Source: an uncultured Nitrososphaerota archaeon (GTDB lineage: Archaea; Thermoproteota; Nitrososphaeria; Nitrososphaerales; Gagatemarchaeaceae). From it: a stretch of 64,000 bases of DNA. Positions 55,831 through 64,000 of this stretch are shown here, one piece after another. Within the stretch, counting starts at the first letter, position 1; each line of letters opens with the position of its first letter. A program made the position numbers and the translations under genes. The DNA is taken from contig CAVRAG010000008.1 of the NCBI GenBank assembly GCA_963718895.1, positions 1,344,001-1,408,000 of the forward strand, given 5' to 3'. Under the pieces are notes generated by a model, which had not been told where the DNA came from, searched no databases, and saw only the letters and a list, made by a program, of their open reading frames with translations.

Positions 55831-57860
55831 GTGTCTATCACCACGTTTCCGTAATCATCCACAGTTGCGGTCTGTCCCGGGTTGACGACGATGGTGGAGT
55901 CCATCTCCTCGATTATCGCCGGGCCCGGAAGAGGTTCCCCGGCGGCGAGGTACTCCCTGTCATAGACCTTTGACTTGAGGAATCCTGACTGATGATAGTA
56001 GACCTCCCTCTCTCCCTTGAGGGCTCTTGCCATCCCGCCGGGGAGGGGCGTCTTCTTGAACTTGGGTTTCGTGATCGCGCCTATTATCGCCAGCCGGACA
56101 CCGATGAGCTCGAGCCTCTCGTCAGGCTTGTTGTGCCCGTAGAGCCTCAGGTGCTCGGTGTTGAAGTTGTCCTTGGTGACCTCTATCTCCTTTGGGGTGA
56201 GCCTGCCGGTCGGTACCGGCGTGGAGATCTCGTAGTTCTGTCCGAGATAGCGCATGTCCGCAGTCCGCAGCACGTAAGAGTCGCCTCTATGCTCCCTCGC
56301 CAGCGTGTCTCTGGCCTGGCGCTCTAGTTGCTCGTAGATGGAGTTCAACCTCTCGGGGTCGACCTGGTCCATTCCCACCATGTACGACTGCATGAAGTCG
56401 AACCTGATGTCCGTCGCGAGCATTCCAATCGCCGAGAAGATACCAGGGTGGAATGGTATCAGCACCTTCGGCGATCCAAGGCTCCTGGCCAGCGTCGAGG
56501 CGACCATTGGCCCCGCCCCGCCGTACGCGATGACCGAGAAGTCTCGGGGGTCGTATCCCTTCTGCACCGAGTTGACGTGCATCGAGGAGAGCATGTTGGC
56601 CTCGGCTATCTTGACGATCCCGGCCGCCGTCTCAGTCAGAGTCAGTCCGAGCCTCTCGGCGAGACCCTCGATGGCCTCGGCCGCTGCCCGCTTGTCCAGC
56701 TTCATCTCACCGCCTAGGAAAGATGCCGGGTCGAGCCGACCCAGCACGAGCTGGGCGTCGGTAATCGTCGGCTCCTTCCCTCCCGCTCCGTAGCAGACCG
56801 GTCCGGGGTCGGCACCGGCGCTGTGCGGACCGACCCGGAGTAGGCCTCCTTCGTCTATCCACGCGATACTGCCTCCGCCGGCGCCGATCTCGCTGATGTC
56901 GATCATCGGGATCCGGAAGGGCACGCCCCATTCCAGCTCCCCCTCCGACCTGTATCTTGGGACTCCGCCGTCGACCAGGCTGACCTTGAACGTCGTGCCG
57001 CCCATGTCGATGGCGATGAGATTCTTGATGCCGAGGGCGTTCGCGACCTGAGCCGCGCCGATAGTCCCGCCGGCCGGACCAGACTCGATCGTCTGGACGG
57101 GAATCTCCTTGGCCGCTGCGGAGCTCATCATCCCTCCGCTCGCCTTCATTATCATCAACCTGCTCAGGAACCCCGCCTCCTTGAGTCCACGTTCGAGACT
57201 CCCAATGTAGAGGTCCATGACGGGCTTGACGGCCGCGTCGATCGCCACCGTGCTCGCCCTCTCGTATTCGCGTATCTCCGGGTTGACCTCGGAAGAGACG
57301 GAGACGTAGACGCCGGGACACTCCTCCTTGAGGATGCGCCTCACCGACTCCTCGTGCGACGGGTTCATGAAGGAGAAGAGCAGGCAGATGCCCACCGTCC
57401 TTATCCCCATCGACCTTATCTCTCGGGCGACCTTCCTGGCACCCTCCTCGTCCAACGGGGTTACCACCCTCCCAGAGCTGTCGATCCTCTCGTCCACCTC
57501 GTAGCGGAGGTAGCGGGGGACGAGGGGGGCTGGCTTCTCCCACCGGATGTCGTAAAGACCGTATATCGGCCGATTGCCACGCTGGATCTCCGTGACGTCT
57601 GCAAAGCCTTTGGTGGATATCAGCGCGATCTGATCGAACCGTCTCTGGACCACCGCGTTCGTCGCTGCCGTAGTCCCGTGGACCAGGTACGACACCTGTC
57701 TCGGGTCCAAGCTGAGTTTGCGGACGCACGCGAGGACTCCGTCGACCGGCTTGGAGGGGGTGGTGGACGACTTCGCCACCTCGATTAGGCCTGTCTCCTC
57801 GTCCAGCGCCGCCGCATCTGTGAAGGTCCCCCCTATGTCGACCGCTAGCCTGACTGTCAT
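55827..57860 (-). CDS. Hydantoinase A / oxoprolinase family subunit (ATP-binding)
   Basis: DIGGTFTD, HGTT, EYER, SGPAGG, DMGGT, GAGGGSIA, SAGADPGP; ATG 57860; 4-nt overlap with the B subunit. Confidence 0.93.
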   Translation of the reverse strand: MTVRLAVDIGGTFTDAAALDEETGLIEVAKSSTTPSKPVDGVLACVRKLSLDPRQVSYLVHGTTAATNAVVQRRFDQIALISTKGFADVTEIQRGNRPIYGLYDIRWEKPAPLVPRYLRYEVDERIDSSGRVVTPLDEEGARKVAREIRSMGIRTVGICLLFSFMNPSHEESVRRILKEECPGVYVSVSSEVNPEIREYERASTVAIDAAVKPVMDLYIGSLERGLKEAGFLSRLMIMKASGGMMSSAAAKEIPVQTIESGPAGGTIGAAQVANALGIKNLIAIDMGGTTFKVSLVDGGVPRYRSEGELEWGVPFRIPMIDISEIGAGGGSIAWIDEGGLLRVGPHSAGADPGPVCYGAGGKEPTITDAQLVLGRLDPASFLGGEMKLDKRAAAEAIEGLAERLGLTLTETAAGIVKIAEANMLSSMHVNSVQKGYDPRDFSVIAYGGAGPMVASTLARSLGSPKVLIPFHPGIFSAIGMLATDIRFDFMQSYMVGMDQVDPERLNSIYEQLERQARDTLAREHRGDSYVLRTADMRYLGQNYEISTPVPTGRLTPKEIEVTKDNFNTEHLRLYGHNKPDERLELIGVRLAIIGAITKPKFKKTPLPGGMARALKGEREVYYHQSGFLKSKVYDREYLAAGEPLPGPAIIEEMDSTIVVNPGQTATVDDYGNVVIDT

Positions 57861-58094
57861 CGCAAGTTGCCGTCCTGTAAGGCTAGGTCCACTGAGCCCC
57901 GGAGCGGCCGAGCGCATGGTGCACGCCGTCGCCCCGGCAATTGACCGGGCATCCGCTCCAGAAGCGGGCAAGACAAGTCACTAGCCTCGTGTTATCCATC
58001 GAGCATCGGAGTTGGTGACGAATTATTTCAATATTGTGCAGAGATGAACCGCCGACGGCAAGGTTAATCATGGATTCCCGCGGAGCGAATCCTG

Positions 58095-59138
58095 ATGTCG
58101 ATCGAGCCGACGCACTTCTGCGGGAAGTGCGGGACAAAGATTCCCGGGGGCTCCCAATACTGCCCCAGGTGCGGTGCCCGAATCGGCAGGGACAAGTTCC
58201 TTCCGGAGGTTCCCTGCAGGTTCTGTCAGGCCTACAACAGGCTCGACCGGACGTTCTGCGTGAGCTGCCGCAGGCGCCTGATTGCTTCGACGAAGTACGA
58301 CATCAAGGTGGGGGACTTCCTGTATTCCGGGGACAAGGACAACCTCGCGATGCTACGGCAGACGGGTCCGCTCGCCTACCTCGTGGGCGGGGTGGTAACA
58401 AAGGGCCGCGAGAACTCCATGAGGTCATGGCTGGTCAGGAACGGATCGAAGGTGGAGCCCCGGTCGCGGCTGGGCTCGTTGGTCGTCAACTGCGGCGAGA
58501 CCCTGGGCCTCGAGATGATTCCTGAGACCTTCGTCATCCCTGCCCCTGAACTCAACGCCGCGACGTTCGGGAGGGACGACAGCCCGGTCATGGCGATCAC
58601 GTCCGCCGCCCTCGACTCGCTCGATGAGATTGAGATGACCGCGCTGGTCGGGCACGAACTCGGACACGTCAAGTCCAAGCACCTGCTCTACCACACTCTC
58701 GCCGAGTCGCTCGGAGCGGGAGCACAGTTCCTCGCGAACATCTACGGCGCCGGTATCGTCGCGATGCCGATCCAGATGCTCCTGCTCGCCTGGCACAGGG
58801 ACTCCGAGATCTCGGCGGACAGGGCTGCGCTCCTCATCACCGGCGATCCGAACGTCTTCAGGTCGATGATGCTGAAGATCGTCGGATATCCGTCCTACGC
58901 AGGAGACCCGCCTGGCGATTCTTCACTGGCAGAGGTGTTCCAGACCCATCCAGCCTACGGGAGGAGGCTCGCTATGGTCAGGGAGTTCTATGCGAGCGGC
59001 GAGTACGTCCAGGCCAGGGAGAAGGTGAGGTTGAGGTCGAGGGTCAAGAAGGCGCTGGTCCCGTTCTGCAGGTTCTGCGGCGCGACGAAAGCGGTGACGG
59101 AATTCTACTGTCAGGCCTGCGGCAGAAGCCAGTACTGA
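58095..59138 (+). CDS. M48-family Zn metallopeptidase flanked by zinc ribbons
   Basis: NA, HELGH, EISADR, THP; four N-terminal and two C-terminal CxxC. Confidence 0.88.
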   Translation: MSIEPTHFCGKCGTKIPGGSQYCPRCGARIGRDKFLPEVPCRFCQAYNRLDRTFCVSCRRRLIASTKYDIKVGDFLYSGDKDNLAMLRQTGPLAYLVGGVVTKGRENSMRSWLVRNGSKVEPRSRLGSLVVNCGETLGLEMIPETFVIPAPELNAATFGRDDSPVMAITSAALDSLDEIEMTALVGHELGHVKSKHLLYHTLAESLGAGAQFLANIYGAGIVAMPIQMLLLAWHRDSEISADRAALLITGDPNVFRSMMLKIVGYPSYAGDPPGDSSLAEVFQTHPAYGRRLAMVREFYASGEYVQAREKVRLRSRVKKALVPFCRFCGATKAVTEFYCQACGRSQY

Positions 59139-59188
59139 TCCCCTCGGCGCTGGAGCATCGTTATTAGTCGGAGCGGGTTTCGTCGGTC

Positions 59189-59956
59189 GTGGGCAAGAAC
59201 TGGAAGGATTCTCTGAGGGAGGGCATCCCCGAGGGCGTGGGGGCATACCGCCATGACCTTCCCTTCGTCGGGGCGTCCACGGTGGCACAGCAGTTCTACT
59301 GTGAAGCGAAGGTCGAGAACGAATACACGCTTGGCGAGGTACCGACCGAAGGCAAGGCCATCGGCGCGGACCTGCACGACGAGATCTTCGCCATGGAGGA
59401 GGTGGAGCAGGAGGACCTAATCAGGCACATCGAAGAATCCCCCAGCCTCACCGCCTCGTTCGGACTGTACGCGCAGATCGGCGACCTGCGCGTCGCCGGC
59501 CTGCCCGACGCGGTGATCTTCGAGAACGGCAGGCCGAGATGGGTCGTCGAGCTGAAGACCACCAGGGGTGACCCATCGAGGCTCTGGCGGGACCAGGCGG
59601 TCCAGGTCAAGATCTATGGGATGCTCTTGGAGCGGATGGGTTTCGACTGCTCAGGCCTGACGCTGGCCCTGGTGCGCATGAGGCAAGAAGCTCTTACGCC
59701 GTCAGAGAGGGAGTCGTTGCTCATTCTTGTCAAAGGCGCCTTGGCGGAGGAGGCGACAGCCCCGCTCGAGGCGAGATATGGATTGAAGTTCTTCCTGCTG
59801 CCACACGTAAGGTCGGAGGCGGAGGAAGCCGTGACTTGGGCTCAGGACTACTGGCTGAAGAGGAGGGAGGCGGTCCCGACCAAGGTCGAGGGGAAGTGCA
59901 GGTCGTGCGAGTTCAACAATGTCTGTGCCCACAGCCTCTCCAAATCCCGATCCTAG
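59189..59956 (+). CDS. Solo Cas4/Exo5-like PD-(D/E)XK nuclease with Fe-S cysteines
   Basis: ASTVAQQFYCE, G..LH, GLPD, VELK, Q..IY, CRSCEF...C. Confidence 0.85.
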   Translation: MGKNWKDSLREGIPEGVGAYRHDLPFVGASTVAQQFYCEAKVENEYTLGEVPTEGKAIGADLHDEIFAMEEVEQEDLIRHIEESPSLTASFGLYAQIGDLRVAGLPDAVIFENGRPRWVVELKTTRGDPSRLWRDQAVQVKIYGMLLERMGFDCSGLTLALVRMRQEALTPSERESLLILVKGALAEEATAPLEARYGLKFFLLPHVRSEAEEAVTWAQDYWLKRREAVPTKVEGKCRSCEFNNVCAHSLSKSRS

Positions 59957-60075
59957 GACGAGATCTAGCTCGTCCCGAGGCAGATGGCTCGGCGATGGCA
60001 AGTCCGCGCGTCTTGGGCGATCCCGGCGGCACACTTTGAGAAGATAAAATAGCGGACGCGCTCTCCTTTAAGGGC

Positions 60076-60870
60076 ATGTCTGGGAAAGGGGCGTCCTCCA
60101 AGATCCTGATGCAGGCGGCCGAGGAGAACCCGCGCGAGTTCTTCAGGACGATGCTGAAGGAGGAGTTTCAGAGCACGAAGAAGGCCGAGTGGGTCATATC
60201 GGGCGTGCCCGACCCCTTCTTCAATCCCGTGGTCATGTCCGACCTTCCCAAGGAAGCTGGACAGGACATCAGGAGGATGGTCGCAAGGTTCGACTCGGTA
60301 GGGGCGCCCATGAGCTGGTGGGTGAGCCCCCACACGCGTCCGAAGGACCTGGCGGATCAGCTGCTCGCCATCGGTTTCAAGCTCGAGGAATCGGTTCCGG
60401 TCATGACCCTGCAGTTCGACCGCGTTGAACCGCTGAAGTATCCCGATGGTCTGACCGTAAGACAGGTCCGTAGCGAAAAGGGATTGGAGAAATGGTATTC
60501 TCTGTGGTCGGAGGTCTTCGGTATCTCGGGCGCGGCACGTGAGCCGCTCTTTCGAATCTTCCTTCGCAAAGGGTGGGCTGCGGGCTCGGACGTCGTGAAC
60601 TACACGGGATTCTTGGGGGACCAGCCCGTTGCCGTCTCTGCTCTCTTCCTAGGGAGGAAGGCGGCCGGCATCTATAATGTCGGCACAGCAGCCTCCGCTC
60701 GCGGCAGAGGCATCGGCACCGCGATGACCCATCTTGCCCTCTCAGAAGCCCGTCGGAGGAACCGCAGGCTCGTCACGCTTCAGTCGTCAAAGGGGGGCTA
60801 CGACGTGTACAGGAGGCTGGGGTTTGAGGAGCAATTCAAGCTCAGTAACTACATCAGGGCTTCCCGGTGA
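60076..60870 (+). CDS. GNAT N-acetyltransferase
   Basis: IYNVGT...RGRGIG, LQSS..G..VY.RLGF. Confidence 0.9.
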   Translation: MSGKGASSKILMQAAEENPREFFRTMLKEEFQSTKKAEWVISGVPDPFFNPVVMSDLPKEAGQDIRRMVARFDSVGAPMSWWVSPHTRPKDLADQLLAIGFKLEESVPVMTLQFDRVEPLKYPDGLTVRQVRSEKGLEKWYSLWSEVFGISGAAREPLFRIFLRKGWAAGSDVVNYTGFLGDQPVAVSALFLGRKAAGIYNVGTAASARGRGIGTAMTHLALSEARRRNRRLVTLQSSKGGYDVYRRLGFEEQFKLSNYIRASR

Positions 60871-61064
60871 CCGAGGCCGGAGGGTGCACCGCCCGTAGCG
60901 CCCAGGCGTGCGGATTTTCGTTCGAAAGGTCTCGGAACACGCCGGAGACCCTCGGTCGGGTTCGGAACGGAGCTGGAGATGGGGGGTTGCTTCTCAATCT
61001 TGGGAATCGTCTTCCGTCTTTAAGTGGCACTGGTGAGCTCTCGCGGCAGAAGCGACGACACCCC

Positions 61065-61592
61065 ATGGCCAAATCAGCAGAAGCCCTGCAGAACACACCC
61101 ACCCCGAACTGGTGGAGGACCCTCGATGGTCTTGAGAGAAGATACGGGGTCTTTCGGGTCGTCAGGTTCGCAGTGGCCAGCGGCACGGGATTCCTTGTCA
61201 ACGAGGCGGTCGTGGTCCTCGGCGTTCTGGTCCTCTACCACTCGATCAGGGTCCCGAGCTTCGGGAGTTCCTCGCTCAGCATCCTTGAACTGGACGCGAT
61301 AGCGCTGGGAATCGGAGACACGGTGGCGTTCCTGATCAACGAGCGCGTAACCGTCAGAGGTCAGGGCGAAGAGAGGAGGAAGGGGCGGCTCCACTGGTCG
61401 GTTAGGTGGGGCGAGTATCAACTTACCTCGCTCCTCGGGAACGTAATGATCGTCGGGGTCCAGCTCGCGTTCCTCGCGACTCTCTCTCTGTCTCCCGTCT
61501 TCGGGAACGTCATAGGGGCGGTAGTCTCCTACCCCGTGACCTATGTCGTATCGATGCGCTACGTCTGGCGCGTTCGTCCCTTCGGCGAGTGA
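61065..61592 (+). CDS. GtrA-family membrane protein
   Basis: RFAV....G..VN, F..NE..T, YV.S..YVW; ATG 61065. Confidence 0.8.
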   Translation: MAKSAEALQNTPTPNWWRTLDGLERRYGVFRVVRFAVASGTGFLVNEAVVVLGVLVLYHSIRVPSFGSSSLSILELDAIALGIGDTVAFLINERVTVRGQGEERRKGRLHWSVRWGEYQLTSLLGNVMIVGVQLAFLATLSLSPVFGNVIGAVVSYPVTYVVSMRYVWRVRPFGE

Positions 61593-61728
61593 CCGAAGGA
61601 AACGGACCTGTGAACGGCTCGGGAGCAACGACCGGTCGATGATGCAGCCGGAAGCCAGATCGCGCAGCTTTGCATAGACACTTGCACCACAACATCAAAT
61701 ATACTCAGGCAGAGCCGGTTCTGAAGCT

Positions 61729-62574
61729 TTGAACCCCTCGTCCCGGGCCATCAAACTCACCTCAGCAGACGCCCGATCGTATCTCTTCGTGGCGGCCCTG
61801 GCCGTCCTCTTCGTAACCCTCAGCGAGCTCCTGGACTACTTCGAACTGCCCTTCGAGTCTCTGCCCGGACATCTGCTCTCGTCTGGTTCTCTCGTCTCGT
61901 CTGGACTTGTGACGTCGACCATGGCCTCCTTTGGCTACGCAGGGATCTTCATTCTGATGCTGTTGGAGAGCGCCTCCCTTCCGGTGCCGAGCGAGGTCGT
62001 GCTCCCATTCGCAGGATATCTGGTCTTCACGGGCGGCATGAACTTTGCCGCGGTCGTTCTGGTCAGCACCGTCGCGGGGGTCGTGGGTGCTCTGGCCGAC
62101 TACTATCTTGCGTCCAAGCTGGGGAGACCAGTCATCGAGAGGCTCTTCAGGTGGTCAGGTATGAAGCCCGAGCACCTGAACCGGGCTGAGAAGTGGCTGA
62201 GTGAGAAGGGATCCTGGAGCATCCTCGTGGCGAGGTTCATCCCCGGGCTGAGGTCGGCGATATCTCTCCCGGCAGGCGCCCTGAGGATGAGGCTGGGCGC
62301 GTTCGTGGGGATGACCCTGATCGGCTCGTTCGGCTGGTCGGTCCTGTTGATCTATCTCGGCTACTCGGCGGGGAGCGTCTGGCAGACAGCTCTCGGCCGG
62401 TCGTCGCCCGTGCTGACCGAGGTCGCCCTGTTCGCTGCTGCGCTCGGGTCCGCATCCTACATCCTCTATTTTGCATCCAGGAGAGGGAGAGGTCCTGCCG
62501 TCGAGCCGAACGGGGTTGACCCTTCGGGGAAGCGCGATGGCGAACCCAGAGACGATAACCCCCGGGTTGGATAG
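61729..62574 (+). CDS. DedA-family membrane protein
   Basis: LESASLPVPSEVVLPFAG, RFIPGLRSAISLPAG. Confidence 0.92.
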   Translation: MNPSSRAIKLTSADARSYLFVAALAVLFVTLSELLDYFELPFESLPGHLLSSGSLVSSGLVTSTMASFGYAGIFILMLLESASLPVPSEVVLPFAGYLVFTGGMNFAAVVLVSTVAGVVGALADYYLASKLGRPVIERLFRWSGMKPEHLNRAEKWLSEKGSWSILVARFIPGLRSAISLPAGALRMRLGAFVGMTLIGSFGWSVLLIYLGYSAGSVWQTALGRSSPVLTEVALFAAALGSASYILYFASRRGRGPAVEPNGVDPSGKRDGEPRDDNPRVG

Positions 62575-62577
62575 TCA

Positions 62578-63114
62578 TTGGTAGTGCTAAGTCTCGGAGA
62601 CATATTCGGATACCTGGCCCTGGTCTTCGTCGCCCTCAGCGCCCTCCTCATAGTGAGGAAGAATCTCCTGATCAGAAAGCGTCTGCTCAGAGGGCCGCTG
62701 AATCCGAGACGCCATCTCAGGAGGCGCCTGATAAGAGGTCGCCTCCTGCACCTCACCAACCTCATGCTCGTCAGGAGGGCGCACATGATCATCGCCCTCC
62801 TGGGGGGTCTCTTCCTCGTGCTCCACGTGGCATACCTCATCTCCTATCCCCTGAACGGCGCGATAGTCCTCGGCTACATCGCGGTCGTCGCCGCGCTTTT
62901 CCTGGGGATCACTGGGATTTCCTACCTCCAGAAGTTCAGGGAGGCCCGCTACTACCATGGGTCGGTCTCGCTCGCAGCGATCGCGCTGATGGCAGTCCAT
63001 GCCGTCGGGTCCGGCTTCAACGTGCCGGTCTGGGTGGCGACGGTCACGCTCGTGGTCACGGCCGGCGTCGTCTTCACCATAGCCGCGCGTCACGCCGGGA
63101 AGATACTGCGATAG
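62578..63114 (+). CDS. His-containing membrane protein, cytochrome b / ferric-reductase-TM-like
   Basis: About six TM segments; His at RRAH, VLHV, YYHG, AVHA; directly upstream of the Rieske gene. Confidence 0.7.
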   Translation: MVVLSLGDIFGYLALVFVALSALLIVRKNLLIRKRLLRGPLNPRRHLRRRLIRGRLLHLTNLMLVRRAHMIIALLGGLFLVLHVAYLISYPLNGAIVLGYIAVVAALFLGITGISYLQKFREARYYHGSVSLAAIALMAVHAVGSGFNVPVWVATVTLVVTAGVVFTIAARHAGKILR

Positions 63115-63127
63115 GGGACGTGGTGAT

Positions 63128-63631
63128 ATGAACAGGAGAGAATTCATCCGGAGGATGGTCGTCACTTCGACCCTGGCCGTGACGGGCGTCGCAGCCATCG
63201 TCGAACTACTGGCAAGAACCGGGTCGCCGGATCAGGCCTATCAGCTGCCCACTGTGCAGATCCAATCTACGAGCCAGACGGCCTCGGAGACCCAGACGCA
63301 GCAGGTCTCCACACCTCCCGGGTACGTCCTGATCGGCCCCTCGAGCAGTCTGAGCGGCAAGAAGTCGGCCTACTTCACCCACCCCACCTACGGAAGCTCG
63401 ATCCTCGTCAACGTCAACGGAACCTGGAAGGCATTCAGTTCCGTTTGCACGCACGCGCCCTGCACGGTCGAGTACGGCGGAGGGTCATCCATCGTTTGTC
63501 CTTGCCACGGGGCCGCATTCAGCACGGGCGATGGCAGCGTGCTCGGCGGACCCGCGCCCTTCGCACTCCCCGAGTACGGGGTGCAGGTCTCAGGTGGGAG
63601 TGTGTTCGTGACCACATCGAGGATCAACTGA
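63128..63631 (+). CDS. Rieske [2Fe-2S] protein with Tat signal
   Basis: MNRREF twin-Arg; CTH..C and CPCHG..F; GPAP..LP. Confidence 0.93.
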   Translation: MNRREFIRRMVVTSTLAVTGVAAIVELLARTGSPDQAYQLPTVQIQSTSQTASETQTQQVSTPPGYVLIGPSSSLSGKKSAYFTHPTYGSSILVNVNGTWKAFSSVCTHAPCTVEYGGGSSIVCPCHGAAFSTGDGSVLGGPAPFALPEYGVQVSGGSVFVTTSRIN

Positions 63632-63704
63632 TTGGACCGGTCGCTCAGAGCGTGTTGCGCCCAGTCTGGACAACCTTAAACGGCGTCGAAGGAAATGTCC
63701 CACG

Positions 63705-64000
63705 TTGCTCATCGAGGCTGCGGGGGGCCCGCTCATCTCCCTACGGTGGGAAGGCGATAACGATCCCCCTTTCTCATCCCCCGTTCGCCTGCCCGAGGTG
63801 CCGATCGACCCGACGCAGGCGAGAGTCCTCGGCTATATCTCGGAGCATCCCGGAGTCCACTTGAGGCAGATCTGCAGGGAGCTCGGGTTGGCGATGGGCG
63901 ACGTCCAATATCACGTCCACAGGCTGGAGAAGGATGGGCGGGTCAGCTCGACGAGACGCGGCCTCTACAGGTTCTTCTATCCATCGGCCCTTTTCGGCGA
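63705..64000 (+). CDS. Winged-helix transcriptional regulator (partial)
   Basis: YISEHPGVHLRQICRELGLAMGDVQYHVHRLE; TTAAA upstream of TTG 63705; runs off the window edge. Confidence 0.82.
   Translation, partial: MLIEAAGGPLISLRWEGDNDPPFSSPVRLPEVPIDPTQARVLGYISEHPGVHLRQICRELGLAMGDVQYHVHRLEKDGRVSSTRRGLYRFFYPSALFG

Noticed and set aside
59189-59956. CRISPR-Cas locus suggested by the Cas4-like gene
   Set aside because: No repeat-spacer array or other cas genes seen in the window

Overview
GC-rich archaeal chromosome segment, most consistent with a non-ammonia-oxidising Nitrososphaerota (Thaumarchaeota-like) lineage; this placement is an inference. Supporting signs are an intron-containing tRNA-Arg(UCU) with no encoded CCA, a DRG-type GTPase, TATA boxes about 25-30 nt upstream of start codons, frequent TTG/GTG starts and thaumarchaeal-type conserved hypotheticals. 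The first 20 kb is mostly housekeeping (IscA/HesB, fumarase, two phosphohexomutases around thiL, tRNA, GlcD-like oxidase, tandem HtrA proteases, DRG GTPase) plus three Zn-finger microproteins missed by the ORF track. 20-41 kb is a mixed accessory region with a HEPN-like orphan, an HrpA/B-like DEAH helicase, an OLD-family ATPase-TOPRIM protein with a substituted catalytic Glu, GNATs, a SelA-like enzyme, an HDAC and an ABC exporter with a palindromic operator. 41-58 kb is an 11-gene catabolic island: ATP-dependent hydantoinase/oxoprolinase A+B (B with an extra RAM/ACT-like C-terminal domain), YhfX-like racemase, RraA-like aldolase, CE4-like deacylase, formamidase, two class III aminotransferases, three dehydrogenases and an APC permease; its hydantoinase operon has a long structured leader. 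58-64 kb holds a Zn-ribbon M48 peptidase, a solo Cas4-like nuclease and a GtrA/DedA/cytochrome-b-like/Rieske module. Three internal frameshifts all fall at GATC sites and are probably sequencing artefacts. No CRISPR array, rRNA, integrase or transposase was seen. All family calls come from motif reading, not database searches.
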